A stretch of DNA of 64,000 nucleotides from Dehalococcoidia bacterium (GTDB taxonomy: Bacteria; Chloroflexota; Dehalococcoidia; Lucifugimonadales; UBA3495): positions 1,696 through 65,695 of the forward strand of contig DAOUJD010000033.1 of assembly GCA_034423115.1 (NCBI GenBank), written 5' to 3'. The stretch's first letter is position 1; each line of letters opens with the position of its first letter. This document shows positions 1 to 8,708 of this stretch, piece by piece. The notes under the pieces are model-generated. The model did not search any database, was not told the DNA's origin, and was given only the letters and a program-made list of their open reading frames with translations. Position numbers and translations under genes: made by a program.

Positions 1-90
1 TGGACGCTGGTGAACGGCGAAATCACCTTCGAGGACGGCGAGCCCACCGGCGCAATGCCCGGGCTCCTGCTGCGGAACGGACGGGGGTAG
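1..90 (+). CDS. 3' end of a gene truncated by the window edge (product not assignable; tail resembles amidohydrolase-type C-termini)
   Basis: Frame 1 open from nt 1 to TAG 88-90 (WTLVNGEITFEDGEPTGAMPGLLLRNGRG*); only 29 codons visible. Confidence 0.35.
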   Translation, partial: WTLVNGEITFEDGEPTGAMPGLLLRNGRG

Positions 91-161
91 ACCCCCGCGA
101 ACGGAGAAGGGGCGGACGATCATCTGCCCCATCTCCATGATGGGCACACGGCGCGGATTGA

Positions 162-201
162 ACCGAGAGCCTATCCCACAACAATAGGATAGGCTCTCGG
201 T
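162..201. terminator. Perfect 15-bp-stem hairpin between convergent genes (bidirectional terminator candidate)
   Basis: ACCGAGAGCCTATCC (162-176), 10-nt loop, GGATAGGCTCTCGGT (187-201); lies between the + gene ending at 90 and the - gene ending at 418. Confidence 0.5.
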
Positions 202-271
202 CGCGGCGTCACTCGATTGTCGCATCGCCCACGGTACCAGCTTTTATCCGGAGCGATTATAAAGTCTCCGT

Positions 272-326
272 CCGCTCGTGGTGAGCCCGCCACAGGACCG
301 CCTCTGGCGGTTCGAACCATGAGCGG
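272..326. repeat. REP-like palindromic element, variant of the GAGCC..TTCGA / CCGCTC..GAGCGG family
   Basis: CCGCTCGTGGTGAGCC...TTCGAACCATGAGCGG; the same arms recur at 30911, 40618, 56191, 61484 and inside the MITE-like copies. Confidence 0.6.
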
Positions 327-417
327 ACTACCTCACCCCATGTCGATAATGGACTTCCCCTCTCGGTTGCAGGCGGCCAATGCATTGCCGTCCGACTCGG
401 AAATTCTTGCGACTCTG

Positions 418-1752
418 CTACGGCTTGGTGCCGACGGCGCAGTGGAACGGCGTTGAGATGAAGAAGGTGCCGTCGGTTTCCGCCTGCTCAACGGCGGCGC
501 GCCACTGGGCCGCTTCATCAGCGTTCAAAGTGGGCAGGATGCCGCCTTGCAGGAACCGCAGGCGGATCGGTTCCGAAAAGGTGCTGATGAACGGGAACAT
601 CCTGGTGTTCTCCAACCCTAGGCCGGCAAAACGGGTGTAGAGGGAAGAATCGTCGCAGCCGTCGGGATGGCCGGGGTCGTCCACCCACGGAGGCGATTCA
701 ATCCTGGTCTTGAGAGCCGGAGGCAACGGCAGGTTGACCCACCGATTCATGTCGTGGGCATGGCCCAACACGGCGATCCGCCCGCCCGGCTTGGCGACTC
801 GCACCATTTCGGGCAGCATTCGGTCCGCGTTGACGCGCTGGATCACGGTGCTGGAGAAAACGACGTCCATGCTGCTGTCGTCGAACGGCAGGGACTCGGC
901 GCTGCCCTCTCTGAAGCTGACCACGTCCTCCATGCCGTCGCGCCGTGCGATTTCCGCCGCCTCGCGCAGGAAGAAGGCGTTGACATCCACGCCGGCGACG
1001 GGGTTGGCGTTGTCCATCTGCCGCGCCATCCACCGGCATAATACGCCGGTACCGCAGCCGACCTCCAGAACGCTCTCGCCGGGCTGGATTGCCGCAGCGG
1101 CGATCAGACTGCCCACGGCGGACAGGTAACCTGGCGTGCGGCCCCGGGATTCCAGGCTGGCGACCATGCCCAACGCCGGGCCGGTCAGGGTCACCACGCA
1201 GTGCCGTTCGCTCAAAGCCGCGCCGATGGGGTCCCACTGGGATGGGCCCGCGCCCAGGGGCAGCAGGACCAGCGGCGGGCCGGAGCCGGCGACCTTGAAA
1301 AAGACGCCGTCGATCTCGCCTTCCTGCGCCGGAGGGGAAATCGCCGCAGGGCCATCCTGCGCATCGACCCGGCCCAGGAAGTCCAGCATCGATCCGGCTA
1401 CACCATCGCCGCGCTCGGCTGCGATGTCGGCGTAGTTGTTCGGGTACTGGTAATCGGAGAGGGTGACCTTCGAGGCAGACGGCAAGCCGGCCATGTTGCG
1501 GTTTATGGTCTCAGTTGCTCCACCCCGGTCGGCATTGAACACCAACAGCCGCTCGCCCAAGGATGACAGCGCCGACGAGTCGAACCCCAGGGGACACACC
1601 AGGGTCAACGAGGCTACGGCATCTGAGAATCCGGACGCCATTCCGTACCAGTCGTTCAGGTTTCGAGAGGCGAAGTGGGCTCGTTGGATGCCCAGATGCC
1701 GCATCACGCTTACGATTCTTTCTTCCACGGGAGTGTCGATCTGCGTTGCCAT
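418..1752 (-). CDS. class I SAM-dependent methyltransferase with long N-terminal extension
   Basis: SAM-binding motif VLEVGCGTGV and DVVFSS acidic loop; ATG at 1752 preceded by AGGAGG (the longer ORF runs to 1830). Confidence 0.8.
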   Translation of the reverse strand: MATQIDTPVEERIVSVMRHLGIQRAHFASRNLNDWYGMASGFSDAVASLTLVCPLGFDSSALSSLGERLLVFNADRGGATETINRNMAGLPSASKVTLSDYQYPNNYADIAAERGDGVAGSMLDFLGRVDAQDGPAAISPPAQEGEIDGVFFKVAGSGPPLVLLPLGAGPSQWDPIGAALSERHCVVTLTGPALGMVASLESRGRTPGYLSAVGSLIAAAAIQPGESVLEVGCGTGVLCRWMARQMDNANPVAGVDVNAFFLREAAEIARRDGMEDVVSFREGSAESLPFDDSSMDVVFSSTVIQRVNADRMLPEMVRVAKPGGRIAVLGHAHDMNRWVNLPLPPALKTRIESPPWVDDPGHPDGCDDSSLYTRFAGLGLENTRMFPFISTFSEPIRLRFLQGGILPTLNADEAAQWRAAVEQAETDGTFFISTPFHCAVGTKP

Positions 1753-1890
1753 GTTGCTCCCTCCTGGTACTGCTTGGTGGTTCGCTACGTCCGCGCTGCC
1801 CTCCCACACTGGCGGTAGGGAGCAAGACACCTATGCCGGCCATACTAGCACCACCGCACGGCACACAGGAGTGGTGGCGCCGCGACACCA

Positions 1891-2075
1891 GGGCTTTTCC
1901 AAAATCGGCACACGTCCCGCTCATGGTGCGGCACGCCCCAAGGTTCGCCTCTGGAGAATCCGCCTCTGGCGGGAGCCTGTCGAACCACGAGCGCGTCCTT
2001 CGACCCGCCACAGGCGGACCTACGGCAGCTCAGGACGAGCGGATGAAAGTCAATCGCACAACTTTGGAAATGGCC
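1891..2075. repeat. MITE-like element, family A (enlarged copy)
   Basis: Terminal inverted repeats GGGCTTTTCCAAAAT (1891-1905) / ACTTTGGAAATGGCC (2061-2075); interior carries GAGCCTGTCGAA and CCGCTCATGG / GACGAGCGG arms. Confidence 0.65.
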
Positions 2076-2114
2076 TGCCGCGACACGCCCAATCGGGGCA
2101 AGAGCGGTCAGAGG

Positions 2115-2975
2115 TTATTCAGCCGTCGCTCGCTGGACGAACTCGTGGGCGGCCGCGTAGTTCCTGGCACCGCTGCGCCGGATGGGCGGGACGACGTAGC
2201 AGTCCTCGACGCCGGCCGCGCGCAAACCCTCCCACACCTCAAGGGCGATATCGACGCCGGAGCGGCCGTTGGCCAGGTCGTCGGCGACCCATTGGGGCAC
2301 GCTGGCGAAGGAAACGCCGTCCGGCTCCATGAGACCGACGCCGTAGAAAACAGGGGTGGTCAATGGGCTGCCTGCGACGTGGGCGTAAGCATCGGCGAAT
2401 CGTGCCACGTCAGCGGGATCGAACACCGGCTGGGTGATGAGGAAGTGCGCTCCGGCCTGCACCTTGCGAACAGCCAGTTGCGCCTCAGGGTCGATGCCGC
2501 GACCGAGGTCCACGGTGGCGCCGATGCAGAAATCGGTGGGGGCCCGCAACGAGCGTCCGCGATAGTCGATGCCCTGGTTCAGGTTGGAGACGGCGGCGAT
2601 GAGTTCGGTGGCCCGCAAGTCGTTGACCGGCGAAGCCAAGTCCTGTTGGCCGAGGGGATCGCCGGCGACCACGATTACGTTCTCTAAACCGAGAGCTTGG
2701 GCACCCAGGAGCAGCGATTCCAGCGCCAGGCGGTTCATGTCCCGCGTGGCGAGGGTAAAAATCGGGTCGGCGTGGTGGCGGTCGCGCAGCACTGCGGCGG
2801 TGGCTACCGAGTTGACGCGCACGGCGCGGCCCGGATTGTATGCCGCCGATACGAACTGGACGTTGTCGGGCGGAGACGTAATGTCTTGAGGGCGACCGGA
2901 GCGTGGCGGCGAATAGTCGCAGATGAAGCAGGTACAGCCGGTAACCGCGTTACGGAGGTCGACTACCTTCGCCAT
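2115..2975 (-). CDS. methylenetetrahydrofolate reductase family protein
   Basis: 286 aa; MTHFR-like signature stretches (DYSPPRSG, TLATRDMNR, VVAGDP, AHFLITQPVFD). Confidence 0.75.
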   Translation of the reverse strand: MAKVVDLRNAVTGCTCFICDYSPPRSGRPQDITSPPDNVQFVSAAYNPGRAVRVNSVATAAVLRDRHHADPIFTLATRDMNRLALESLLLGAQALGLENVIVVAGDPLGQQDLASPVNDLRATELIAAVSNLNQGIDYRGRSLRAPTDFCIGATVDLGRGIDPEAQLAVRKVQAGAHFLITQPVFDPADVARFADAYAHVAGSPLTTPVFYGVGLMEPDGVSFASVPQWVADDLANGRSGVDIALEVWEGLRAAGVEDCYVVPPIRRSGARNYAAAHEFVQRATAE

Positions 2976-3021
2976 TGGTCAATACCGCCTGCGATGGCCG
3001 GTGTTGGATGGTTTACGTCGG

Positions 3022-3792
3022 CTAGCCGTCCAGTTCTTCCAGGTACTCCCGGAAGCGGACGATGGCCTGCTGCTCCGACCTGCCCACGTAGTACCGGATT
3101 CCCTGGACGTATTCCACCACGTCGCGGGGGAGCATGAGCAGTTCGTCCCGAGGCTCGTTGAGGTGGTAAAGGCCGTCCACGCCCTCCTCTAGACCGACGT
3201 ACAGCGAATCTTCCAGGGTGGCCTTCTCGCGAGCGTCCATATCCTTTCGCACGACCCACTGGCTGAATACGAAGGGCAGGTTGGTCCATTGGCTCCACTC
3301 GGTGCCCAGGTCGATACGATGAGCGAATCCGCGGGTGCCCCGGCGGCGACGCAGGGCGCGGTTGCCAATCAGCAGGAAAGCGTCGAAGGTCTCGTCAGGT
3401 CTGATGACATCGCCCGGCCGGACCGCGAACTCACCGGGCTCCAGGTTGTACTTGCGACGCAAGAGCACTTCCAGCAGCCTGGCGGCAGTGACGTCCTCGT
3501 CGGATATCCCGATGGTTACGCCGCCCAACTCTTCCATAGGGTGCTGCGAATACAGCGAAACGCTGACCGCCCTGGCCTGGGTGGAAAAGCAGAATCCGCT
3601 GATTGGCTCGAAACGATCTTCGAGGCGAAACACGTCGGTGAGGTGGGCCGGACCTGCGTCCAGTTCTCCGTTGGCGAGAGCGTCGCCGAGCTGGCGGGGA
3701 GTGGTGAGGCGCAACTCGATGCCCCGTCGCTCCATGTCAAAGTAGAAAGGCTCGGATTCCAGGTACGGCACGCGGCCGACTTTGATGGGCAT
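3022..3792 (-). CDS. mqnA: MqnA-like chorismate dehydratase (futalosine pathway; VitK2_biosynth fold)
   Basis: KVGRVPYLESEPFY, GELDAGP, SVSLYS, FLLIGNRAL, DLGTEWSQWTNLPFVFSQWVVR match the MqnA pattern as I recall it; ATG at 3792 (alternative start 3828). Confidence 0.65.
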   Translation of the reverse strand: MPIKVGRVPYLESEPFYFDMERRGIELRLTTPRQLGDALANGELDAGPAHLTDVFRLEDRFEPISGFCFSTQARAVSVSLYSQHPMEELGGVTIGISDEDVTAARLLEVLLRRKYNLEPGEFAVRPGDVIRPDETFDAFLLIGNRALRRRRGTRGFAHRIDLGTEWSQWTNLPFVFSQWVVRKDMDAREKATLEDSLYVGLEEGVDGLYHLNEPRDELLMLPRDVVEYVQGIRYYVGRSEQQAIVRFREYLEELDG

Positions 3793-3893
3793 GGTTTCGC
3801 CACCACTGTTGGTTGGGATAATCGGCAACGACTCGCATCGCGCTGCACTATCCGAGGGAGCGTTGCGACGGTAAGATTGTAGGCCGGGCCGCG

Positions 3894-4262
3894 TTGACGG
3901 TCAAGAACGGAGCTGATGTGGTCGGCGACCGAAATACCGCCTGGACGGTGGAAACCCTGAATGAGACGGTGGACGCCGAAATTGACGCACTACCCGACGA
4001 TATGTACGCCTATTTCATTCGTATCAGCGGTATGATTGCAGCCCGAGGTTTGCCGGCGATGCGTATGCCGCACGTGCGGCATTTGGAGGGTCCGCTCTGG
4101 GAAATGCGCCTTCGCGGACGGGACGGCATATCACGCGCTATCTACGTATCAGCGCAACGCCGTCGGGTGGTTGTAGTGCGGGTATTTATCAAGAAAACCG
4201 AGGAGACACCGCGTCGGGAAATCAGATTGGCATTGCAGCGAGCCAGGGAGATATCGCAGTGA
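3894..4262 (+). CDS. type II toxin, phage Gp49 / HigB-like (RelE superfamily)
   Basis: HLEGPLWEMRLRGRDGISRAIYV...VVVVRVFIKKTEETPRREI; stop overlaps the next start (GTGA); start uncertain (TTG 3894 or GTG 3918). Confidence 0.7.
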   Translation: MTVKNGADVVGDRNTAWTVETLNETVDAEIDALPDDMYAYFIRISGMIAARGLPAMRMPHVRHLEGPLWEMRLRGRDGISRAIYVSAQRRRVVVVRVFIKKTEETPRREIRLALQRAREISQ

Positions 4263-4606
4263 CGAAAGTAAGCAAGTTACATGAAAAAAGGTATCGTGAG
4301 AACGCCGAGTACCGGGCTGCATACGACGCGACAGAACCGCAGTACGAACTCATCAACGCTTTGCTGGATGCCCGCGCCTATGCCGGCATTGACCAGGACG
4401 AGTTGGCTGAGCGTATGGGCATTCACGTGACGGCAATCATGCGGCTGGAGGGCTGGAACAGCAACCCCTCGGTCAAGACCCTGCGCCGGGTGGCACAAGC
4501 TACGGGTACCAAACTAAAGATCAGCTTTGTACCTGATGAGAAAATCCCTTCGCCAGCGCCGGACGTATCCAAAACAACAGTACAGAGCAAGGAACTTGCG
4601 TCGTGA
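4259..4606 (+). CDS. XRE-family HTH antitoxin (HigA-like)
   Basis: HTH segment IDQDELAERMGIHVTAIMRLE; 4-nt overlap with the upstream toxin gene. Confidence 0.75.
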   Translation: MTKVSKLHEKRYRENAEYRAAYDATEPQYELINALLDARAYAGIDQDELAERMGIHVTAIMRLEGWNSNPSVKTLRRVAQATGTKLKISFVPDEKIPSPAPDVSKTTVQSKELAS

Positions 4607-6081
4607 AGAAAATGGCAGTAGTTGCGGTGGCGCTGATCGCGGTCCTGGGGTGCATTGTGGCGGCGATTCCCGCCGGCCAGGTTGCCGCCCAGGACACCGT
4701 TACCATCAACGAGCATGGGGTTGAAAACCAGTTTCCGGACGGACTGAGGTTTTTTATAGTCGCCGAGGCTGCGAGTCCTATCGACGAAATTCGGGTGTAC
4801 GTGCGGAAGTTGGGGCAGTCCAGCCGAACGGTGTACCGCGCGGTGGAGTTCGAACCGGGGAACTCGGTATCGGGAGAGGCCCTGTTTCAGAGCAAAACCT
4901 CCAACGAGTACATCCCGACCGGCACCCGACTGGAATACCATTTCGACATCCGCACCGCCGACGGCGCGGATTTCCAGACCGAACCGGAAACCATCGTGTA
5001 TCTAAATGAAGGGCTCGAATGGGACGTAAAGTCATCGGGCTTGATCGACGTCTACTACTACGATTATGACCGGCTGTCGGAGGTTCGGGCCGACCTGGTG
5101 CTGCAGGTAGCAACGAAAACCTACGCATACATGGGCCCCATCCTTGGCGTGGAACTCACCGAGCCCATGAGCATCGTGGTGTATTCGAACTACTCTCACA
5201 TGCGGGAGGCGCTGAATCCGTCTTCGCAGGTCGCAGCGCAGCAACTGAGGACGCTGGGCCGGGCCTATACCAACGAAAGGACGCTGCTGGTGGATGGCTC
5301 AGACGACCCATACGTCGGAGACAACACCCTGACCACCGCGGCCCACGAATTCACGCACCTGCTGGTGGCCGACGCCGCCGGCAGCGCGTACTCGCAGGTC
5401 GATATGTGGTTGAACGAAGGGTTGGCAGTGTATTCGGAACGGCAACCGGGCAACGAATTTGAGCGGTACATGCGAAACGCCATTTTCAACGACCGTGTGC
5501 CTCCGCTGGCCGGCCTGCGAACCTTCGCCGGCACGCCGCAGGAGACCCTGCGCGCCTACGGGCAGGGCCACGCCGTGGTCAAGTACATGCTGGCGGCCTA
5601 CGATCCGAGCCTGATGCAGGAATTGTTCGCAACGCTCCGCACCACCTACAACTTTGAAAAGGCGCTGGTCGCCTCATACGGCGTGACGGTGCCGGAACTG
5701 GACAACGAATGGCGGGAAAGCGTGGGCCTGGCTCCTCGGGACCTGTCCACGCCGCCTCCGCCTCCGTTGCAGGTGATACCCACGCGCGGGGCGCAACCGG
5801 CGGCCGAAGCCCCGGCGTCCACGGAGCCGGCGCCCACCGCAGCGGGTCAAGAATCGACCCGTCAACCGACGCCAACGGCGACCACGGCGCCGCAACCAAC
5901 CTACACGCCCGCGCCGCCCCCGACTCCGTCCGCGCCGGCCGGAGGGGGTTGTGGGGCAGCGCCGGCAGAGTCTGGCAATGTCCCATCCGAGATGGCATCC
6001 CTGGCTCTACTGGGTGTACCGGCGGGGTTGATCGCGCTGGCCGGCGCCCGCAGATTCAGGCGACGGGACGACGACTATTAA
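4603..6081 (+). CDS. secreted MA-clan zinc metallopeptidase-like protein with Pro/Thr-rich linker and C-terminal sorting-signal-like tail
   Basis: N-terminal signal peptide; HEFTH (HExxH) then NEGLAVYSE; tail VPSE + hydrophobic helix + RRFRRR. Confidence 0.7.
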   Translation: MKKMAVVAVALIAVLGCIVAAIPAGQVAAQDTVTINEHGVENQFPDGLRFFIVAEAASPIDEIRVYVRKLGQSSRTVYRAVEFEPGNSVSGEALFQSKTSNEYIPTGTRLEYHFDIRTADGADFQTEPETIVYLNEGLEWDVKSSGLIDVYYYDYDRLSEVRADLVLQVATKTYAYMGPILGVELTEPMSIVVYSNYSHMREALNPSSQVAAQQLRTLGRAYTNERTLLVDGSDDPYVGDNTLTTAAHEFTHLLVADAAGSAYSQVDMWLNEGLAVYSERQPGNEFERYMRNAIFNDRVPPLAGLRTFAGTPQETLRAYGQGHAVVKYMLAAYDPSLMQELFATLRTTYNFEKALVASYGVTVPELDNEWRESVGLAPRDLSTPPPPPLQVIPTRGAQPAAEAPASTEPAPTAAGQESTRQPTPTATTAPQPTYTPAPPPTPSAPAGGGCGAAPAESGNVPSEMASLALLGVPAGLIALAGARRFRRRDDDY

Positions 6082-6154
6082 TCTGCCCCAACACGTACAA
6101 TGACATGCACGCCATCGGCAGGCATGGTGGCGGCGACAATAACGGGAGGAACCC

Positions 6155-7132
6155 ATGCGCGCAGTCTGGTATGAGGAGAACGGGGACGCTTCAGTGCTGC
6201 AGGTCGGCGAGATGCCCGATCCCGAGCCGGGGCCGGGCGAGGTGCGCGTCCGCGTCGCAACCTCCGGCGTGAACCCGTCGGACTGGAAACGGCGTCAGAA
6301 TGCCGGCCCGGGAACCGCATTTCCGCGCGTCATACCAAACCAGGACGGCGCCGGCGTGATTGACCGCGTGGGCGAACGCGTGCCTGAATCAAGGATCGGC
6401 GAGCGAGTGTGGCTCTACCAGTCCCAGTTCGGCCGGCCGTTCGGCACCGCCGCCGACTACACGGTGCAGCCGTCCAACCGGGCGGTGCGGATGCCCGACA
6501 ACGTGGATTTTGCGCTGGCCGCAGGGCTTGGGGTGCCGGCGCTGACGGCGCACCGCTGCGTGTTCGCGGACGGCCCGGTGACGGGCAAGACGGTGCTGGT
6601 TCCCGGCGGCGCGGGGGCCGTGGGCAACATGGCGTTGCAGATGGCCCGGGTCGGCGGCGCGGCCAACATCATCAGCACGGTGAGCGGGGACGCCAAGGCC
6701 GAGATCGCACGGCAGGCGGGAGCGCACCACACCGTGAACTACCGCACCGAGGACACGGCGGCGCGCATCCTGGAGATCACCAACGGCGAAGGTGTGGACC
6801 TGATCGTAGAGGTGGACTACTCAGGCAACTTTGCCGTGAGCCAACGGATCATCAAGCGGAGCGGAACGATCACAATCTACGCGGCAGGCGACGGCCCGGC
6901 GCCGCCGTTCCAGTTTCCCGTGAGCAACGTAAACGTGCGCCACGTGCTGGTTTACGACATGCCGGAGGAGGCCAAGACCACTGGGGTGGATGACACCAAC
7001 CGGTGGCTGGCGTCAGGGGACCTGGAGGGAATGGACGGGCCGCATTTCCCGCTGGAGGACACGGCCGGCGCGCACGAGGCGGTGCGAGCGGCCACGGTGG
7101 GCAAGGTAGTTATAGACGTAAGCGACGGGTAA
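6155..7132 (+). CDS. NADPH:quinone oxidoreductase / zeta-crystallin-type medium-chain dehydrogenase
   Basis: GVNPSDW, LVPGGAGAVG Rossmann motif; GGGAGG RBS before the ATG. Confidence 0.8.
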   Translation: MRAVWYEENGDASVLQVGEMPDPEPGPGEVRVRVATSGVNPSDWKRRQNAGPGTAFPRVIPNQDGAGVIDRVGERVPESRIGERVWLYQSQFGRPFGTAADYTVQPSNRAVRMPDNVDFALAAGLGVPALTAHRCVFADGPVTGKTVLVPGGAGAVGNMALQMARVGGAANIISTVSGDAKAEIARQAGAHHTVNYRTEDTAARILEITNGEGVDLIVEVDYSGNFAVSQRIIKRSGTITIYAAGDGPAPPFQFPVSNVNVRHVLVYDMPEEAKTTGVDDTNRWLASGDLEGMDGPHFPLEDTAGAHEAVRAATVGKVVIDVSDG

Positions 7133-7142
7133 GTCGGTCGGC

Positions 7143-8099
7143 CTAGTCGTTCCAAAGGGGATGTTTGCGCCATTCTGTCGGGAGTCCCATCGCCGAGGTT
7201 TGCACCGTCAGGTGAGAGTCGAACAGGTCCAGAACCCTTTTCGTCCAATCGTTTCCCGGGTAGATGTGGTTCAACCAGTAACGGCATATGGTGAGCAATA
7301 TACCCAATTGATTGTTCGATAGTTTCGGTGAATGCCACTCTGGGAATTTCCTGCGCTGAGGTATTTTCACTCTTGTTCTATTGAATCGCCAGTTCCATAT
7401 GCGGTCATGGTGGGCACATCTGTTGCGCAGCACTCGCAGACCGATCAACCAAGAATTTGCAATGGCGTCCGGTTGGCCCAGCGAGCTTGCAACGTCTTTC
7501 TGAATGTTGTCGGCGACGCCCTGGAAGAATGACAGGGTGGTCCCAAAATCGATACTTTCTGCGACCATCCAGATCGGTAGCTCAGGCTCGGAACCTGGAA
7601 TCGTTACGTTAGAAACCGGAGCCGATCCTGTATGGTCTCGCGCCACGTTTTCCTGAGCCTCTTTGATTTTGCCCAGCCACCAGGTAAATGTCGGACCTTG
7701 GCGTGAAAAGTTCGGGAAGTTTGTCGCATCAAGATATTCGTAGGGGCCATACTCATGAGCGAAACGATAAGCTAAATCAGACCTGACTTGTACTTCAATG
7801 CATCCGATCGCTTCAAAGCACAAGGAACGTAATCTGTTGTCAAATTCAACGATGCCCCAGAGCGCTTCCAAAGTGGCATCTCCGCGGTAAAGATTTTCCG
7901 CACGGAAAAATTGAGCGTAGTCGGTCAATCTGAATTCGCCGACCATCTCCAAGCGACGAATCAACTCGGTTTTATCGGCCCGTAAGCCTCGGGCGATCAA
8001 ACGGTCCGCTGCCGGCTCAAAAGAGAAAACTGACGCCCCGGTCGCCATGATCCATCGCACAACAAAATACCCGCCGAAGTAAGCTGCATCCTTACTCAA
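7143..8099 (-). CDS. Abi_2 family (AbiD/AbiF-like) abortive-infection protein
   Basis: Hallmark LRVLRNRCAHHDRIWNWRF plus FDNRLRSLCFEAIGCIEVQVRS; visibly AT-richer than flanks; TTG start at 8099, alternative ATG at 8048. Confidence 0.75.
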   Translation of the reverse strand: MSKDAAYFGGYFVVRWIMATGASVFSFEPAADRLIARGLRADKTELIRRLEMVGEFRLTDYAQFFRAENLYRGDATLEALWGIVEFDNRLRSLCFEAIGCIEVQVRSDLAYRFAHEYGPYEYLDATNFPNFSRQGPTFTWWLGKIKEAQENVARDHTGSAPVSNVTIPGSEPELPIWMVAESIDFGTTLSFFQGVADNIQKDVASSLGQPDAIANSWLIGLRVLRNRCAHHDRIWNWRFNRTRVKIPQRRKFPEWHSPKLSNNQLGILLTICRYWLNHIYPGNDWTKRVLDLFDSHLTVQTSAMGLPTEWRKHPLWND

Positions 8100-8135
8100 T
8101 GAAGGAGAGAAGCCCGGCGGGTCTTGCTGCGTTTT

Positions 8136-8164
8136 ATTGTAGCATCAAGATGTCATATTAGCAA
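8136..8164 (-). promoter_or_regulatory. sigma70-like promoter for the Abi_2 gene
   Basis: Minus strand reads TTGCTA-N17-TACAAT (-35 at 8164-8159, -10 at 8141-8136), about 30 nt upstream of 8099. Confidence 0.45.
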
Positions 8165-8166
8165 CA

Positions 8167-8637
8167 TCATAAACGCCCTTCGTAGCGCGAGGGGCGTTCT
8201 ATCATGGCGCGTTCCAGGGCCACCTTGAGGCGTTCGCTGAAGAAGCGGCTGGTGGAAGAAATGATGCGGTGTTCCTGGCGGTCCTCCCGCTTGGTGGGCA
8301 GGGTCACGATGACGTGATACACCTTGAACTTGTTGGAACGGATGCGGTTGCTCCACCAGGTCACGGCGACGGCCACCAGCACCACGAAAATGCCCATAGT
8401 GAGCCAGGCTCCGGCGAATCCACCCACCATGGCCACGAAGAACCCGATGATCGATCCGCCCCCGACGGTGCGCCACCAGCGGATGGGCGGTCGGTCGGAC
8501 TCCTCCTCGACTATCTCCATCTCGACGGACAGGATGTCTTCGATGCGGTATTCCTGGCCCTGGGGTTCCACGAACCGCTCGTAGGTGACCAGCGCGCCGT
8601 GCTCTTTGAACAGCACCCGATCCTTGGATACCGCCAT
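8167..8637 (-). CDS. hypothetical membrane protein
   Basis: 156 aa with two central hydrophobic helices (IIGFFVAMVGGFAGAWL, GIFVVLVAVAVTWW); GGAG upstream of the ATG. Confidence 0.6.
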   Translation of the reverse strand: MAVSKDRVLFKEHGALVTYERFVEPQGQEYRIEDILSVEMEIVEEESDRPPIRWWRTVGGGSIIGFFVAMVGGFAGAWLTMGIFVVLVAVAVTWWSNRIRSNKFKVYHVIVTLPTKREDRQEHRIISSTSRFFSERLKVALERAMIERPSRYEGRL

Positions 8638-8675
8638 GATGGATATGCTCCGTGCCTCAAAAGTCCGACGATCAT

Positions 8676-8702
8676 GGATTCCGGCTTTCGCCGGAATGAC
8701 AG
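8676..8702. repeat. REP-like hairpin, family B half-element
   Basis: GGATTCCGGCTTTCGCCGGAATGAC; same unit as 32176, 36961, 40140, 53411. Confidence 0.6.
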
Positions 8703-8708
8703 AGGGGG

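Noticed and set aside
300-330. GGTTCGAACC motif checked as a possible tRNA T-arm; general scan for tRNA/rRNA
   Set aside because: The motif is part of the REP palindrome 272-326, with no acceptor or anticodon arms around it. No other tRNA-like or rRNA-like stretch was seen by eye. A tRNAscan/Infernal run would be needed for certainty.
1463-2687. Plus-strand ORFs 1463..2332 and 1563..2687
   Set aside because: They run antisense through the methyltransferase and MTHFR genes and through a MITE. Their only 'conserved' peptides (SLSNHER, TGGPTAAQDER) are repeat-encoded.
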